Shown: positions 1-10,420 of the stretch, piece by piece | Position numbering within the stretch: the stretch's first letter is position 1 | Layout: every line of letters starts with the position of its first letter | Assembly: GCA_963719085.1 (NCBI GenBank) | Contig: CAVRAL010000004.1 | Coordinates: 736,001-800,000 of the forward strand | Reading direction: 5' to 3' | Source: a candidate division FCPU426 bacterium | GTDB lineage: Bacteria; Oederibacteriota; Muellerivitia; Muellerivitales; Muellerivitaceae | Length of the DNA stretch: 64,000 nucleotides | Program-made: the position numbers and the translations under genes | Notes under the pieces: model-generated | Seen by the model: the letters and a program-made list of their open reading frames with translations, nothing else | Databases searched by the model: none | Told to the model about the DNA's origin: nothing

Positions 1-1
1 A

Positions 2-487
2 ACCCCTCAAGAGGCCGCCCGTTCCGCCAAAAAACACCTGGAAGACGTGATTTTGCTTTTGCCTTGGATCGCCACGATCGACGCGTTTCAACATTGGATC
101 TATACCCATCCCCATCATTCCCGCGAGGAGCGTTCCGAAGCCTGGGTCGCCCTTCGTCTAAGGTTGGGCGGAGCGGAAGACTGGAGCGGCCTGGAAGAGG
201 TGAGGCGCAGCCTTTGGCACCGGCAGCTTCACATCTTCGAGGTTCCCTTTTACTACATCGAATACGGCATCGCCCAATTGGGCGCCCTGCAGGTATGGAA
301 AAACACACGGGAAAAGGGACGGGAAGGCGTGGAAGCTTATAAGCGGGGCCTGGCCGTGGGAGGAAGCCTTCCCTTGCCCGACATTTTTAAATCAGCGGGA
401 ATTCGTTTTGATTTCAGTTTGAAAATGATTGAACCGCTCATGGCCGAGGTTCAAAAAGAACTTCAAAAACTCGAAGCCCTCAGTTAA
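2..487 (+). CDS. M3 family oligoendopeptidase, C-terminal part (5'-truncated by window edge)
   Basis: Frame open from base 2; motifs DAFQHWIY and WHRQLHIFEVPFYYIEYGIAQLGA typical of M3B oligoendopeptidase C-termini. Confidence 0.85.
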   Translation, partial: TPQEAARSAKKHLEDVILLLPWIATIDAFQHWIYTHPHHSREERSEAWVALRLRLGGAEDWSGLEEVRRSLWHRQLHIFEVPFYYIEYGIAQLGALQVWKNTREKGREGVEAYKRGLAVGGSLPLPDIFKSAGIRFDFSLKMIEPLMAEVQKELQKLEALS

Positions 488-1226
488 AAGCCCAAGTCAC
501 CGAGAATTGGCTGAACCCCGCTGAAACTGAAAACTCCTTCGGTTTTTCCACCACCATATTGCCCAATAGAATTCCCAGGGTCGCCCCGGCTAAAACATCC
601 GAAAGATAATGATGGTCCCCCTCGATTCGGGCTAGTCCGGTCACCGTCGCCAAGGCGTAAGCGGGAATTCCCAGTTCATCCCCTCCGTATTTTTCAATAA
701 TCGGCGCCACGCAAAAGGCCGTGATGCTGTGGCCCGAGGGAAAGGAAAAATGATTGCTCCCATCGGGTCTTTCCCGATTCACCGCGAACTTGAGCCCCGT
801 GGCCAGAACCGTCGCCATCACTAAAGACTCGGAAGCATCCCGGCCAAATTCCGCCAGCCGAAGGTCCGAGTGAAGGCCTCCCCAAACCCAGCAACCCACG
901 CCGCCAAACCCCTGCACCCAGCCTTCCCCGTAAAAATTCCCAAAATCCCATAGTCCGGAAACATTTAAATCTTTTAGGGGCGCGGGCCAGGGGTTCCGGG
1001 AGTCCTCAAAAATCCAATCGGCGGCGGTCAAACTGGAACCCGCCAAAAATAGAAAAGGATTCGGCGCGTCCAAAACATGGGGAATATCCGAGAGCATTTT
1101 GGTTGGAAGATGAAGCAGGGTTACGTCAGGATCGGAAGAAAAAAAAGGATCGGCCTTCAGCGAGGAACAACCTAAAAAAAAAGCCAGAACCCCCCAAAGG
1201 GCCCGGCTTTTTTTAAATCGGGACAA
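480..1226 (-). CDS. PAP2 family phosphatase
   Basis: KxxxxxxRP (KFAVNRERP), SFPSGHS and RIEGDHHYLSDV motifs; N-terminal signal-like sequence. Confidence 0.85.
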   Translation of the reverse strand: MSRFKKSRALWGVLAFFLGCSSLKADPFFSSDPDVTLLHLPTKMLSDIPHVLDAPNPFLFLAGSSLTAADWIFEDSRNPWPAPLKDLNVSGLWDFGNFYGEGWVQGFGGVGCWVWGGLHSDLRLAEFGRDASESLVMATVLATGLKFAVNRERPDGSNHFSFPSGHSITAFCVAPIIEKYGGDELGIPAYALATVTGLARIEGDHHYLSDVLAGATLGILLGNMVVEKPKEFSVSAGFSQFSVTWAFN

Positions 1227-1229
1227 TTC

Positions 1230-1718
1230 TTATTTCTTAAACTTCGGGCCAAACCGAAGAAAAGCCCAAACCCCGGCGAAAAGGCCGATCAAGGGAAAAA
1301 AGGCGCTCAGTTTTCCCTCGCCCAACTGGGTGAAAACCGTGCCGGGACAAATACCGGCCAAAGCCCAGCCCGCGCCGAAGACAAAGGCCCCGATCAGACG
1401 CTTACGGTCCAAGGGCGGATTTTCCCAGGCGTCGGTTTGCTTGGCGAAGTTCTTGTCGTTGCGGCGAAGCAGGAAAAGACCCAAAGCGATGACCGCCAAG
1501 GCCACCGCCATCACGCCGTATAATTGGAAATCGGTGAACAAAAACATATTCAAGACCGTGTCAAAATCGGTGGCCCGGGACTTTGAGAGAAAATAGCCAA
1601 AAGCCACTCCAAACAAAAGAATGGAAAGACCGGATCCGATGGAGGCCGAGTTGGTTTGGGGAGCCGAACGGCGTTTTTTTAAGGACGTTTTTTTAAGGAT
1701 TGTGATTTTTTTGGCCAT
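1230..1718 (-). CDS. YeeE/YedE family (sulfur transport-like) membrane protein
   Basis: FGAGWALAGICPG motif, hydrophobic helices, paired with the adjacent YeeE-like gene. Confidence 0.8.
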   Translation of the reverse strand: MAKKITILKKTSLKKRRSAPQTNSASIGSGLSILLFGVAFGYFLSKSRATDFDTVLNMFLFTDFQLYGVMAVALAVIALGLFLLRRNDKNFAKQTDAWENPPLDRKRLIGAFVFGAGWALAGICPGTVFTQLGEGKLSAFFPLIGLFAGVWAFLRFGPKFKK

Positions 1719-1719
1719 G

Positions 1720-2175
1720 TTAAAACACCCGATATAGAATTTGAGCGGTCACGATGCCCGAGACCAAGAAACCCACCGTCGCCAAGATCGCCATCCAATA
1801 GCCCCGGGCCATGCCCATTAAGCTATAACCGCTGGTGCATCCTCCGACCCACCGGGCGCCAAAACCAACCAGCGCGCCGCCCACCAACAGCAAAACCGTC
1901 TTAAGTCCTAAGCTCCCCAAAGAAAGACCGTCGATCCGGCCATAAGTTAAGGTCCAATTCCAATGGCCCACGTTGGCTAATAGGCCGCCCAAGGGAAGCC
2001 CCAGCAGAAATAACAGGCCCTTGGAGAATGGCGCGGTATAAACCGATTCCACCAAACTGGAAACCCCTAGTTTGCGGCCCGTGAACCAAGCGAACGCCAA
2101 GGCGGTGAGACCCAGGCCCAACCCTCCGGCCCACCAAGTCCAGGTCAGGGTAAAAAGCAATTGGAATAGATGCAC
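1720..2175 (-). CDS. YeeE/YedE family membrane protein
   Basis: GGALVGFGARWVGGCTSG motif. Confidence 0.8.
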   Translation of the reverse strand: MHLFQLLFTLTWTWWAGGLGLGLTALAFAWFTGRKLGVSSLVESVYTAPFSKGLLFLLGLPLGGLLANVGHWNWTLTYGRIDGLSLGSLGLKTVLLLVGGALVGFGARWVGGCTSGYSLMGMARGYWMAILATVGFLVSGIVTAQILYRVF

Positions 2176-2227
2176 GTCATCCTCCTGTTTTTCAATGGGC
2201 TTATTCTATCCTAACCTGGGAAGGGTT

Positions 2228-3136
2228 TCAAAAACTCCCGAAGCTTTTACCGGTCAGCCGCTCGTAAGCCTCCACATATTTGGCCCTGGTTTTTTCCACC
2301 ACTTCGTCCGGCAGGACGGGTCCCGGGGGGGTTTTGTCCCAATTCTTCAAGGTTTCCAGATAATCCCGCACGAATTGTTTATCGAAACTCTTTTGGGAAA
2401 CGCCTTCTTGATAATCGGCCTTGGGCCAAAACCGGGAGGAGTCCGGGGTCATGACCTCATCGATCAGGATCAAATCGCCGTTAAACAAGCCGAACTCAAA
2501 TTTGGTGTCGGCGATGATGATCCCCTTGGCGTCCGCCAGATCCCGGCCCTTTTGATAAATGGCCAAGCTGACGTCTTTTACTTTTTGAGCCAAGGCGTCA
2601 TCTTTTAATATTTTTTTCATTTCCTCAAAAGAAATATTAAGGTCATGGCCTTCCTCGGCTTTGGTGGAAGGGGTAAAAATGGCTTCCTGAATTTTGGAAG
2701 ATTCCACCAAGCCTCGCGGCAGGTCCAGTCCGCAGACTTTTCCGGTCTTTTGATATTCTTTCAAACCCGATCCGGTCAAGTAACCCCGCACAATGCACTC
2801 AGCGGCCAAGGGTTTAGCTTTTTTAACGATGACCGATCGGTACTGCAGTTGGTCCTTGGCTTTTTGAAAGGCCTCCGGCAATCCGGAAAGGTCGGAAGCG
2901 ATCAAGTGATTGGGGATTAAATTTTCCATTTGCTTGAACCAGTAAAGGGAAATTTGGTTCAAAACCACGCCCTTATCCGGAATGCCGTTGGGAAGGATCA
3001 CGTCAAAGGCCGAAATACGGTCCGTGGTCACGATGAGGAGCTTGTCGCCTAAATCATAAATGTCCCGGACTTTGCCGCGCTTGGGCTCGGGCACACCGGG
3101 GATTTTGGTTTGAAGCACAACGGGGGATAAAGCCAT
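2228..3136 (-). CDS. purC: Phosphoribosylaminoimidazole-succinocarboxamide (SAICAR) synthase
   Basis: [45 protein letters not shown]. Confidence 0.97.
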   Translation of the reverse strand: MALSPVVLQTKIPGVPEPKRGKVRDIYDLGDKLLIVTTDRISAFDVILPNGIPDKGVVLNQISLYWFKQMENLIPNHLIASDLSGLPEAFQKAKDQLQYRSVIVKKAKPLAAECIVRGYLTGSGLKEYQKTGKVCGLDLPRGLVESSKIQEAIFTPSTKAEEGHDLNISFEEMKKILKDDALAQKVKDVSLAIYQKGRDLADAKGIIIADTKFEFGLFNGDLILIDEVMTPDSSRFWPKADYQEGVSQKSFDKQFVRDYLETLKNWDKTPPGPVLPDEVVEKTRAKYVEAYERLTGKSFGSF

Positions 3137-3149
3137 CGCCTTCTCCTGA

Positions 3150-4118
3150 TTAAAATTTATTTTTTTTCTGATCCAAAAGCCATTTCACGTAAATCGCCAC
3201 GCCTTCCTCGACCGGAAGAAAGGCTTCCGAATAGCCCGCCCCGCGCATCTTCCCCATATCGGCTTGGGTGAAGTATTGATAGCCCGCCCTAAATTTTTCC
3301 GGTGTATCCACCCACTCAATTTTTTGCGGGATCCCCAAAGCCTTGAAGAGCGCCTTGGAAACATCCAAAAAAGTGCGGGCTTGCCCCGTTCCGCAATTGT
3401 AAATGCCCGAGGGCGGATTTTTTTCCAAACAAAAAAGACAGAGCTTCACGATATCGTCGACGAAAATAAAATCACGTTTTTGTTCCCCGTCGGCCACGCC
3501 TTCCTTATGCGATTTAAAGAGAGTTTGTTTTTCGGTTTTTTTGATTTCATAAAACCCATGAAAGATGGGGGAGGCCATTCGACCCTTGTGGTTTTCGTCC
3601 ATCCCGTAAACATTGAAAAATTTCAGTCCATGCCAGCGGGGCGGGGCCATTTTTTGTTCCAAAGCCCAAAGATCGAACTCATGCTTGCTGCGGCCGTAAA
3701 CGTTTAGGGGTTTATACTTCGGGATATCCCGATGGTCATCCGAATAACCCTCTTCGCCCCGCCCGTAGGTGGCGCCGCTGGAGGCGTAAATCAGGGGGAT
3801 TTTCTTTTGCGCGCACCACTGCCAAAGGGTTTTGGTGTAATCGGTGTTCATTTTCCACATATAAGCTTGGTCGTGATTGCCGGTGTCCGTGCAGGCTCCC
3901 AGATGAATGACGGCGGTCACCTGGGAAAGTTTCGAAAGGTCGGCCAGGAGTTTTTCACGGTCTAAAAAGGGAAGGGATTCCAAGCCTTGGGCGCAGCTGC
4001 GGGTTGAGAGATAATCGGCTTTATCCACCAGCAAAAGGTCTGTTTGGCCCTTTTGTAAAAGCGCGTGGGCCAACCGACTCGCGATAAAACCGTAGGCCCC
4101 GGTAACGAGGATGCTCAT
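3150..4118 (-). CDS. hldD: ADP-L-glycero-D-manno-heptose 6-epimerase
   Basis: [52 protein letters not shown]; start placed at ATG 4118. Confidence 0.9.
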   Translation of the reverse strand: MSILVTGAYGFIASRLAHALLQKGQTDLLLVDKADYLSTRSCAQGLESLPFLDREKLLADLSKLSQVTAVIHLGACTDTGNHDQAYMWKMNTDYTKTLWQWCAQKKIPLIYASSGATYGRGEEGYSDDHRDIPKYKPLNVYGRSKHEFDLWALEQKMAPPRWHGLKFFNVYGMDENHKGRMASPIFHGFYEIKKTEKQTLFKSHKEGVADGEQKRDFIFVDDIVKLCLFCLEKNPPSGIYNCGTGQARTFLDVSKALFKALGIPQKIEWVDTPEKFRAGYQYFTQADMGKMRGAGYSEAFLPVEEGVAIYVKWLLDQKKNKF

Positions 4119-4210
4119 GAACCGCCCTTGCCGAAAGAATGTCCCTGGAAAAAGAGGGCTCATTATATAAGCAGAAAAGAAAGACGGGTTTTAAATTTGA
4201 CCGGAAAGAA

Positions 4211-5338
4211 TTATAGACCGACCGATGGGTGGGGACGACGGCCCAAAACAAAGGGGCTTAAATCCACCGAGGGTTTTTCACCCAATAGATCTTGGGCGAT
4301 CAATTCACCCGTGGCGGCCGAAAGAAGCAGCCCGTGGGTGAAATGCCCCGCGGCCAGCCAAACTCCCTCCCAATCGGGAAATTTTCCCAAAAAGGGCCAG
4401 CCATCGGGCGACCCGGGCCTCAGGCCCGCCCAGCTGTCATCCATCAAAACCTCGCTTAAGCCCGGCAAGGCGCGGAGGGCTCCGCGCTTTAATAGTTCTA
4501 ACCCCGAGGAGGTCGTGGTTTTGTCAAAACCGACTTCTTCCAAGGTGCTTCCCACGTAAATGCGGCCGTCCATCCGCGGAACCAAATAAGCCAAGGGCGA
4601 AAAAAGAACATGGCTTAAAAATCCGGGTTGGGATTGGTAAAGCAAGGCTTGGCCCCGAATGGGCTTGATGGGGATCACCCGCTTAAATTTCTCGCCAAAA
4701 AGGCCCGTCCAAGCGCCCGTGGCCAAAACGACCGCGTCCGCTTCCAGGGTTTCTTTGTTGGTCTTTACCCCGAAGATGGTTCGGCCCTTGGCCAAAAAGC
4801 TTTGAACCAGCTCCAACTCCCGAAGGATCACCCCTTGGGTTTGAAGCGACCGCAAAAGCGCCCGCGTGAGGCGGGGCGGCCGGACTTGACGGGTTTGTTT
4901 TAAGTGAAGGGCCGCTTGGACTCTTGGCGAAAGCCCCGGTTCCCTTTGATGGACTTCCGTTCCGGTCAACCATTGGCCTTCCAAGCCTTGTTTTTTTAAT
5001 TTTTTCTCAAGCTCACGGATTCCCTTTTCATCTTTGTCGTCAAAGGCCAAATCCAAACTGCCCGATTCCAATAGCTCGCAAGAAAGCCCGCTTTCTTTCT
5101 CTATTCGCTCGACCCATAGGGGAAAAAGGTCGAAAGAAAACCGGCAAAGGTCAAAGTACGCTCCGCCGACTTGAGCGGCGGCCCGAAGATCCAAATAGCC
5201 GGCCCCGGCCCAGGACGCTTCTTTGGCGAAGGGACCCCTTTCGATCACGATGGATTTTACGCCGCGGGATAATAAGTGATGGGCGATCGAAAGTCCGATG
5301 ACGCCGCCGCCCACGATAATGACTTTTTTCACGCCCAC
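4211..5338 (-). CDS. thiO: Glycine oxidase ThiO-like FAD-dependent oxidoreductase
   Basis: GGGVIG FAD motif, ASWAGAG, PIRGQ, WAGLRP, GHFTHGLLL; no other thi genes adjacent. Confidence 0.75.
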   Translation of the reverse strand: MGVKKVIIVGGGVIGLSIAHHLLSRGVKSIVIERGPFAKEASWAGAGYLDLRAAAQVGGAYFDLCRFSFDLFPLWVERIEKESGLSCELLESGSLDLAFDDKDEKGIRELEKKLKKQGLEGQWLTGTEVHQREPGLSPRVQAALHLKQTRQVRPPRLTRALLRSLQTQGVILRELELVQSFLAKGRTIFGVKTNKETLEADAVVLATGAWTGLFGEKFKRVIPIKPIRGQALLYQSQPGFLSHVLFSPLAYLVPRMDGRIYVGSTLEEVGFDKTTTSSGLELLKRGALRALPGLSEVLMDDSWAGLRPGSPDGWPFLGKFPDWEGVWLAAGHFTHGLLLSAATGELIAQDLLGEKPSVDLSPFVLGRRPHPSVGL

Positions 5339-5413
5339 GAAAACGCCTCGCTCCGTAAAAGATTCAATGGATCACACCTATCCTAACCAAGATCGAGTTG
5401 AAGTTTCCAAAAT

Positions 5414-5450
5414 AAAAAAGCCTTCCCGGTTTTTGGCCGGAAAGGCTTTT
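5414..5450. terminator. Intrinsic terminator-like hairpin downstream of the 5475-6074 gene
   Basis: AAAAAAGCCTTCCCGG-TTTTGG-CCGGAAAGGCTTTT stem with A/T tails on both sides. Confidence 0.7.
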
Positions 5451-5474
5451 GAAATCCTTTTAAAAAAATTTAAA

Positions 5475-6074
5475 TTACTTGCTCGATCCAGTCACCGAAA
5501 CTCCCGAAGCGGCCGGGGTCGTCGCCGCCAAGGGCGCGCTCGGCGCGGCGGATGGAGGCTGCAGGGGCGCGAAAATACGGGCCGCGCGGGCCTGCCAGTT
5601 TTTATTCCGGTTCACAATAACTCCGAAGAAATGAAAGCTAGCCGGTTGCGCCGCGGTGCCGTCCGGCGCGGTCATGCCGGTCAAGGTCGCGGTCGCGTCC
5701 ACCAAGTACATGTTCGGCATAATATAGGTGAAGGAGAAATCGCTGAAGGACTGCTGGGTTCCCTTCAAGGGGCCCGTCAAATCACCCGTAATGACCTGCA
5801 ACACGCCGTCATGGCCCTGGCCCTGCTGGCCCATGGGATTGATCAAGGTCGCGTCGGACGTGAAATAGGAAGCCACCGTATTCGCGTCGCCCGCGTTCCA
5901 AGCTTTCGCCAATCCATTAAAGGCTTTTTTAATCGCCTGTTCGTCGCCGGCACCCGTGTCTTTTTTCTTTTTAACCAGCGCGGAAGCGGCCGGGCTCGTC
6001 GTGGGAGTATTTTGGGCGTAAAGGGTTGAAGTAAAGCCAATCGCCAGCAAGAGAATGAATAACTTCTTCACCAT
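5475..6074 (-). CDS. Secreted NTF2-like (SgcJ/EcaC, DUF4440-type) protein
   Basis: Signal peptide MVKKLFILLLAIGF; AWNAGDA...FTSDATLINPMG...G pattern; TTGACA-N18-CATAAT promoter upstream on the minus strand. Confidence 0.7.
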   Translation of the reverse strand: MVKKLFILLLAIGFTSTLYAQNTPTTSPAASALVKKKKDTGAGDEQAIKKAFNGLAKAWNAGDANTVASYFTSDATLINPMGQQGQGHDGVLQVITGDLTGPLKGTQQSFSDFSFTYIMPNMYLVDATATLTGMTAPDGTAAQPASFHFFGVIVNRNKNWQARAARIFAPLQPPSAAPSAPLAATTPAASGVSVTGSSK

Positions 6075-6259
6075 AGGGTTCTTCTCCTCAATTATTTTTT
6101 TCCTGATCCAAAAACCAAAAGACGGCGCCATTATGGCCAGCCTTTCTTAAGCCTGTCAATAAACTCCCGAATAAGAGCCGCCCACTTTCACGCCCCGGTT
6201 CGTCTAACGTTATACTTGTGGAAACTTGGCTTTCCCTATCGCCACGAAAGGCCTACCCC

Positions 6260-8158
6260 ATGCGGCTAAAGTGCTTGTCGATCGTTTTGAGCGTCTTTTT
6301 AATTCCGGCGTTTCGCGCGCAGGCCGCTCCGGCCTTTTTTTCAATCGATTGGAAAAAGGATAAGGCTTGGTTTGAAACCCCCGAAGGCGCTCCTTTTTTT
6401 TCCCTGGGAGTCAACGCCATCGCCGATCAATCTTATCGGGCGCCCAATGACGATTATTACAACCCGGTTAAAAACCAATATGGGGGAAATGTCGCCGCTT
6501 GGGATAAGGTCGTTTTACAGAGGCTCAAAACTTGGAAGTTTAACAGCCTGGGCGCCTGGTGCGACGACTCGCTTTTAAATCAAAAAGTTCCTTATACCTT
6601 CATGACCTATATCGCCCGAGGATCGGATTGGGATCGGGTTCTGGATAATGTTTTCAGCCCCGACTTTGAAACTCAAGTCCGCCAAAAGGCCGTGACCTAC
6701 GCCCGTTTTAAAAACGACCCATATTTGATCGGTTATTTTCTGGACAACGAACTTCCTTGGTGGGGACAAACGGGTTGGCGCGCCGAGGGCCAAAAAACCC
6801 TTTTGGAAAAATACGCGGGGTCCTTTTTGGATGAAAGCGCCGAGGCCGCGCTCGTCGGGTTTTTTAAAGACCGATATCAAAACAATATCCAGGCCTTCAA
6901 TAACGCGTGGGATACCTCTTACGCCTCGTTCGAGTCGTTCGGCGATCCGCTGACAATTCAAGTGAAAACCCGTCAGCAAAAATCGGACGCCAACGCTTGG
7001 GCGGGAGTCGTGGCCGAGCGTTATTTTTCCGTAACGACGTGCGCGCTGCGCGCCGCGGACCCCAATCATCTCATCTTAGGCGTCCGGTTCGCGGGAGAAA
7101 CCCCTTGGGAAGTCGTTCAAGCTTGCGGAAAATATTGCGACGTGGTTTCGGTGAATCAATACGAAAAATCAGGTCATATCGACAAAACCCTTTTAGATGA
7201 TTTTTACGTCAAATCGGGAAAACCGATTCTTTTAAGCGAATATTCTTTCAGCGCCTTGCAAAACCAAAGCGGCGATCCCGACACCCATGGAGCCGATGTG
7301 ACCGTCCCCACGCAAAAAGAACGCGCGCAATATTTAGACTCTTTCGCCAAGGAGGCCTTGGCGCTTCCCTATCTGGTCGGATTGCATTGGTTTGGATGGG
7401 CGGATGAGTCCCCCCGGGGCCGGTTTGACGGCGAGGATCAAAATTATGGTTTGGTGGACATAAAAGACGCGCCTTACGCGCTGGTTACCCAAGAGCATCA
7501 AAAGCTGAATGGACTGGCCCCCGCGCTTCACGCCCAATCCGCCACCCTCTTACCGGATCAATTCGTGTCGACGGAGTCGCAGGCGGATTACCGCCGCGCG
7601 GCGTTAGGCGCCGTCATTCCGAACAACCGGGCTTTTGTTAAATTAGACGCCTCGCCGATCCTTTATCCCTGGGGAGATAAGGCGACGGGCGGCACGGTGA
7701 GTTTATCGACCGCTTCCGGGGCGCTAGAGATCCAGTTTCAATCCGGGGGCGGCTGGGGCTGCGGTGTTTCGTGCCCTTCCAATGTCCCGCCCCTGGCGGC
7801 TCCCGGCGTGGTGGATTTGACCGGTTATAACCAGATTCAATTTGACGCTTTCGCGCCTCTGGGGGTCCGTTTTTTGATTTATTTATCCGAATCCGGCAAC
7901 GCGGACCCCTCGGCTAAAACTTTTTTAGGCCTTAACGGCGCCGACGGGGAATCTTATAGCTTTCCCTCGCTCGAGGGCTCGGGCCATTGGCAAACCTATC
8001 GGATTCATCTGGAGGATTTGGAAAAGCGGAGCGAATGGGGAAACCAGAAGGGAAATAATATTTTGGATCTTCAAGCCATTTCGGACCTGGATTTTTACAT
8101 TCCGGGCGGCCAGGGCGACGGGAAAATCATCGTTAAAAATATCCGTTTCCAGAAATAG
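6260..8158 (+). CDS. Secreted glycoside hydrolase, GH50/beta-agarase-like, with C-terminal carbohydrate-binding-like domain
   Basis: Signal peptide; WFETPEG.PFFSLGVN, IGYFLDNELPW, DPNHLILGVRF, GKPILLSEYSF, VGLHWF.W.D...GRFDGEDQNYGLVD. Confidence 0.75.
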   Translation: MRLKCLSIVLSVFLIPAFRAQAAPAFFSIDWKKDKAWFETPEGAPFFSLGVNAIADQSYRAPNDDYYNPVKNQYGGNVAAWDKVVLQRLKTWKFNSLGAWCDDSLLNQKVPYTFMTYIARGSDWDRVLDNVFSPDFETQVRQKAVTYARFKNDPYLIGYFLDNELPWWGQTGWRAEGQKTLLEKYAGSFLDESAEAALVGFFKDRYQNNIQAFNNAWDTSYASFESFGDPLTIQVKTRQQKSDANAWAGVVAERYFSVTTCALRAADPNHLILGVRFAGETPWEVVQACGKYCDVVSVNQYEKSGHIDKTLLDDFYVKSGKPILLSEYSFSALQNQSGDPDTHGADVTVPTQKERAQYLDSFAKEALALPYLVGLHWFGWADESPRGRFDGEDQNYGLVDIKDAPYALVTQEHQKLNGLAPALHAQSATLLPDQFVSTESQADYRRAALGAVIPNNRAFVKLDASPILYPWGDKATGGTVSLSTASGALEIQFQSGGGWGCGVSCPSNVPPLAAPGVVDLTGYNQIQFDAFAPLGVRFLIYLSESGNADPSAKTFLGLNGADGESYSFPSLEGSGHWQTYRIHLEDLEKRSEWGNQKGNNILDLQAISDLDFYIPGGQGDGKIIVKNIRFQK

Positions 8159-8172
8159 TCTGTTTAACTGTT

Positions 8173-8595
8173 CTATTCGCAAGGATAAGAAATGACGTTC
8201 AATTCTATTGAGTTTTTTGCGAGCCAAGAAAGATGTTTTGGCGAAATAAAAACGCTCGGATAGGCTGCCTTTTCTATATTCCAATATTCCGCGATACAAA
8301 CGGTTAAACGCGCGTCCGAAGGAAGAACCCCCGGATCAAAAATATGGCTATTTTCAAATCGTTTGATCAACGCGCTTAAATTTTTGGAAAGAGATAAAGC
8401 TGATTTTGACTTTTTTTCAAACCAACGCCAATTTGTGAATTTAGCTTTTATCTTTCTAAATTCCGAGGTTTCCCCCCGATTTATTCCGCCGTAATGCTCG
8501 ATGCCAATATCCGAAGATAATTTTTCAATAGTTCTCTGGCGGGTACAAATTTCAATGGAAAGATCGAATTCTCTGGCGATTTTTTTATTCATCAT
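8173..8595 (-). CDS. Hypothetical protein, DUF4279-like
   Basis: ~140 aa, AT-rich coding; C-terminal PSVFISPKHLSWLAKNSIELNVISY resembles DUF4279 termini. Confidence 0.5.
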   Translation of the reverse strand: MMNKKIAREFDLSIEICTRQRTIEKLSSDIGIEHYGGINRGETSEFRKIKAKFTNWRWFEKKSKSALSLSKNLSALIKRFENSHIFDPGVLPSDARLTVCIAEYWNIEKAAYPSVFISPKHLSWLAKNSIELNVISYPCE

Positions 8596-8608
8596 TTGGA
8601 CATGGGCG

Positions 8609-9817
8609 TTAGTTGCTGAACTGGGCTTTGACCGCGAGGAACTTTTCAATGTTGTTCAAGAAAGCTTGAACAATTTTGGGGTCAAAATGGCGGCCGCTTC
8701 CCTCTTTGATGATATCCAGGGACTGTTCCAGCGGAAAAGCCGGTTTGTAGCAGCGTTTGGACGTGAGGGCGTCAAACACGTCCGCCAGCGCCACGATGCG
8801 GCCCGACAAGGGAATATTTTCGCCTTTCAGCCCGCGCGGATATCCGCTTCCATCCCATTTTTCATGATGCGTGAAGGCGATCTGCTCCGAAACCCGCAAC
8901 AAATCCGCTTTGGCGTTTTCCAAAATTTTCGCCCCGAAGATCGTGTGATTTTGCATTTCCTTGAATTCTTGGGGCGTCAGTTTTCCTGGTTTCATCAGGA
9001 TGGAGTCGGGCACACCGAGTTTCCCAATGTCATGCATGGGCGAGGCGTATTGGATGCTTTCCACTTCCGCCTTCGATAACCCCAACCCTTCGGCCAAGAT
9101 GGAAGAATAGCGGCTCATGCGATGAATGTGGGCCGCCGTATCGTCGTCTTTATATTCGGCGGCGACGGACAGGCGGAAGATGGTATCCAGATAAGCTTCT
9201 TTGAGTTCCTGGGTTAAAAGGGCGTTGCGGATAGCGATCGCCGCCTGGCTGGCCAAGGACAACACCAAATTCTCAAAATGTTTATCAAAGGGAATGATGG
9301 TTTTTTTCTTGCGCGCGTTGATGAGCTGGATCACGCCCACCACCTTGCCGTGGGCGTCCTTCATGGGAACGATCAACATGCTTTTGGTTCGGTAGTTATT
9401 TTTTTCGTCGAAGGAACGGTTGAAACGGTATTCCCGGGCGGAAGGAATTTTATAAGCGTCCGGAATGTTCAGCGTTTTTCCCGTGACCCCGACATAACCG
9501 GCCAGCGAGCTTTTATCCAGGGAGATATAAAACCCCGTGAAGGTGGCCGGAACCACTTCCAGCGGTTTTTTTAATTTTTTAAGCTCGGCCTTTTTTCGCT
9601 CTTCCATGACTTCGTTTTGGCTGACCGCGAAGCGCAATTGCTCGCCTTCGCGCACATAAAGGCTTCCCGCCTCCGCTCCGGTAAAATTACGGCTCTCATT
9701 TAAGATCAGGGTGAGAAGCTGATTGAGATTATTTTCTTGGGTGAGGGCGATACCGATTTTATTCAACGCGAGCAATTGCTCTTGAAGGTTGTTGACGCTC
9801 ATTTGGGCTTTAGGCAT
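8609..9817 (-). CDS. GAF + HD-GYP cyclic dinucleotide phosphodiesterase
   Basis: GAF (YRTKSMLIVPM, GVIQLIN); MHDIGK, HHEKWDGSGYP, ADVFDALTSKRCYK; AAGGA RBS before ATG 9817. Confidence 0.9.
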   Translation of the reverse strand: MPKAQMSVNNLQEQLLALNKIGIALTQENNLNQLLTLILNESRNFTGAEAGSLYVREGEQLRFAVSQNEVMEERKKAELKKLKKPLEVVPATFTGFYISLDKSSLAGYVGVTGKTLNIPDAYKIPSAREYRFNRSFDEKNNYRTKSMLIVPMKDAHGKVVGVIQLINARKKKTIIPFDKHFENLVLSLASQAAIAIRNALLTQELKEAYLDTIFRLSVAAEYKDDDTAAHIHRMSRYSSILAEGLGLSKAEVESIQYASPMHDIGKLGVPDSILMKPGKLTPQEFKEMQNHTIFGAKILENAKADLLRVSEQIAFTHHEKWDGSGYPRGLKGENIPLSGRIVALADVFDALTSKRCYKPAFPLEQSLDIIKEGSGRHFDPKIVQAFLNNIEKFLAVKAQFSN

Positions 9818-9925
9818 ACGGGTTTCCTTGCGTAAGTTCGAGGAATCAAGATACCTTGAAAAGTGGGCCATTTACAAGGGCCATGGAGACCGAAAAAGGC
9901 CGGGAGAAACCGGTTAAAAGCGCTT

Positions 9926-10366
9926 CTAGCCCTTCGAAAGGAGCCGGTTGATTTTGCCCCGAACCTTCGGGGGAATGGGCCTGGATTTAAGATCCAAGGT
10001 GTTCACGAACACCAAAACCTGACGGGCGTCCGCGATAAGCCGGTAAGATCCCTTAAGGCGGAAGTCATAACCAATCGTGATGGAGCTTCTGCCCATTTTT
10101 TCCACCCAGCCGGTGCCCAAAAGAATGTCCTCAAATCGGGCCGGCGAGACGTAATTGATTTCCACATGGGCCATCACGGTCCAAAGCTTGGCCGAACGGA
10201 CTTGTTTGAAGGAAAACCCGAGCTTTTTCGATAACTCATACCGAACCCGTTCCAAAAATCGGATGAATTCGGTGTTATTGACGATGCCCTGGTAATCCGT
10301 CTCAAAAGACATGATGGGCATCGCGACGGTGAGCTGGGTTTTATTTTTGGAGGTCCCTTTGGCCAT
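9926..10366 (-). CDS. Acyl-CoA thioesterase (YbgC/FadM hot-dog fold)
   Basis: ETDYQGIVNNTEFIRFLERVR motif. Confidence 0.85.
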   Translation of the reverse strand: MAKGTSKNKTQLTVAMPIMSFETDYQGIVNNTEFIRFLERVRYELSKKLGFSFKQVRSAKLWTVMAHVEINYVSPARFEDILLGTGWVEKMGRSSITIGYDFRLKGSYRLIADARQVLVFVNTLDLKSRPIPPKVRGKINRLLSKG

Positions 10367-10420
10367 GCGCGCAGTATAACGGCCGGATTTCGGTTTTAAA
10401 ATTAATTTTGGCGGGAAACT

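Noticed and set aside
5339..5474. TPP riboswitch upstream of thiO
   Set aside because: No CTGAGA/aptamer core; the region holds only a terminator and a promoter-like sequence
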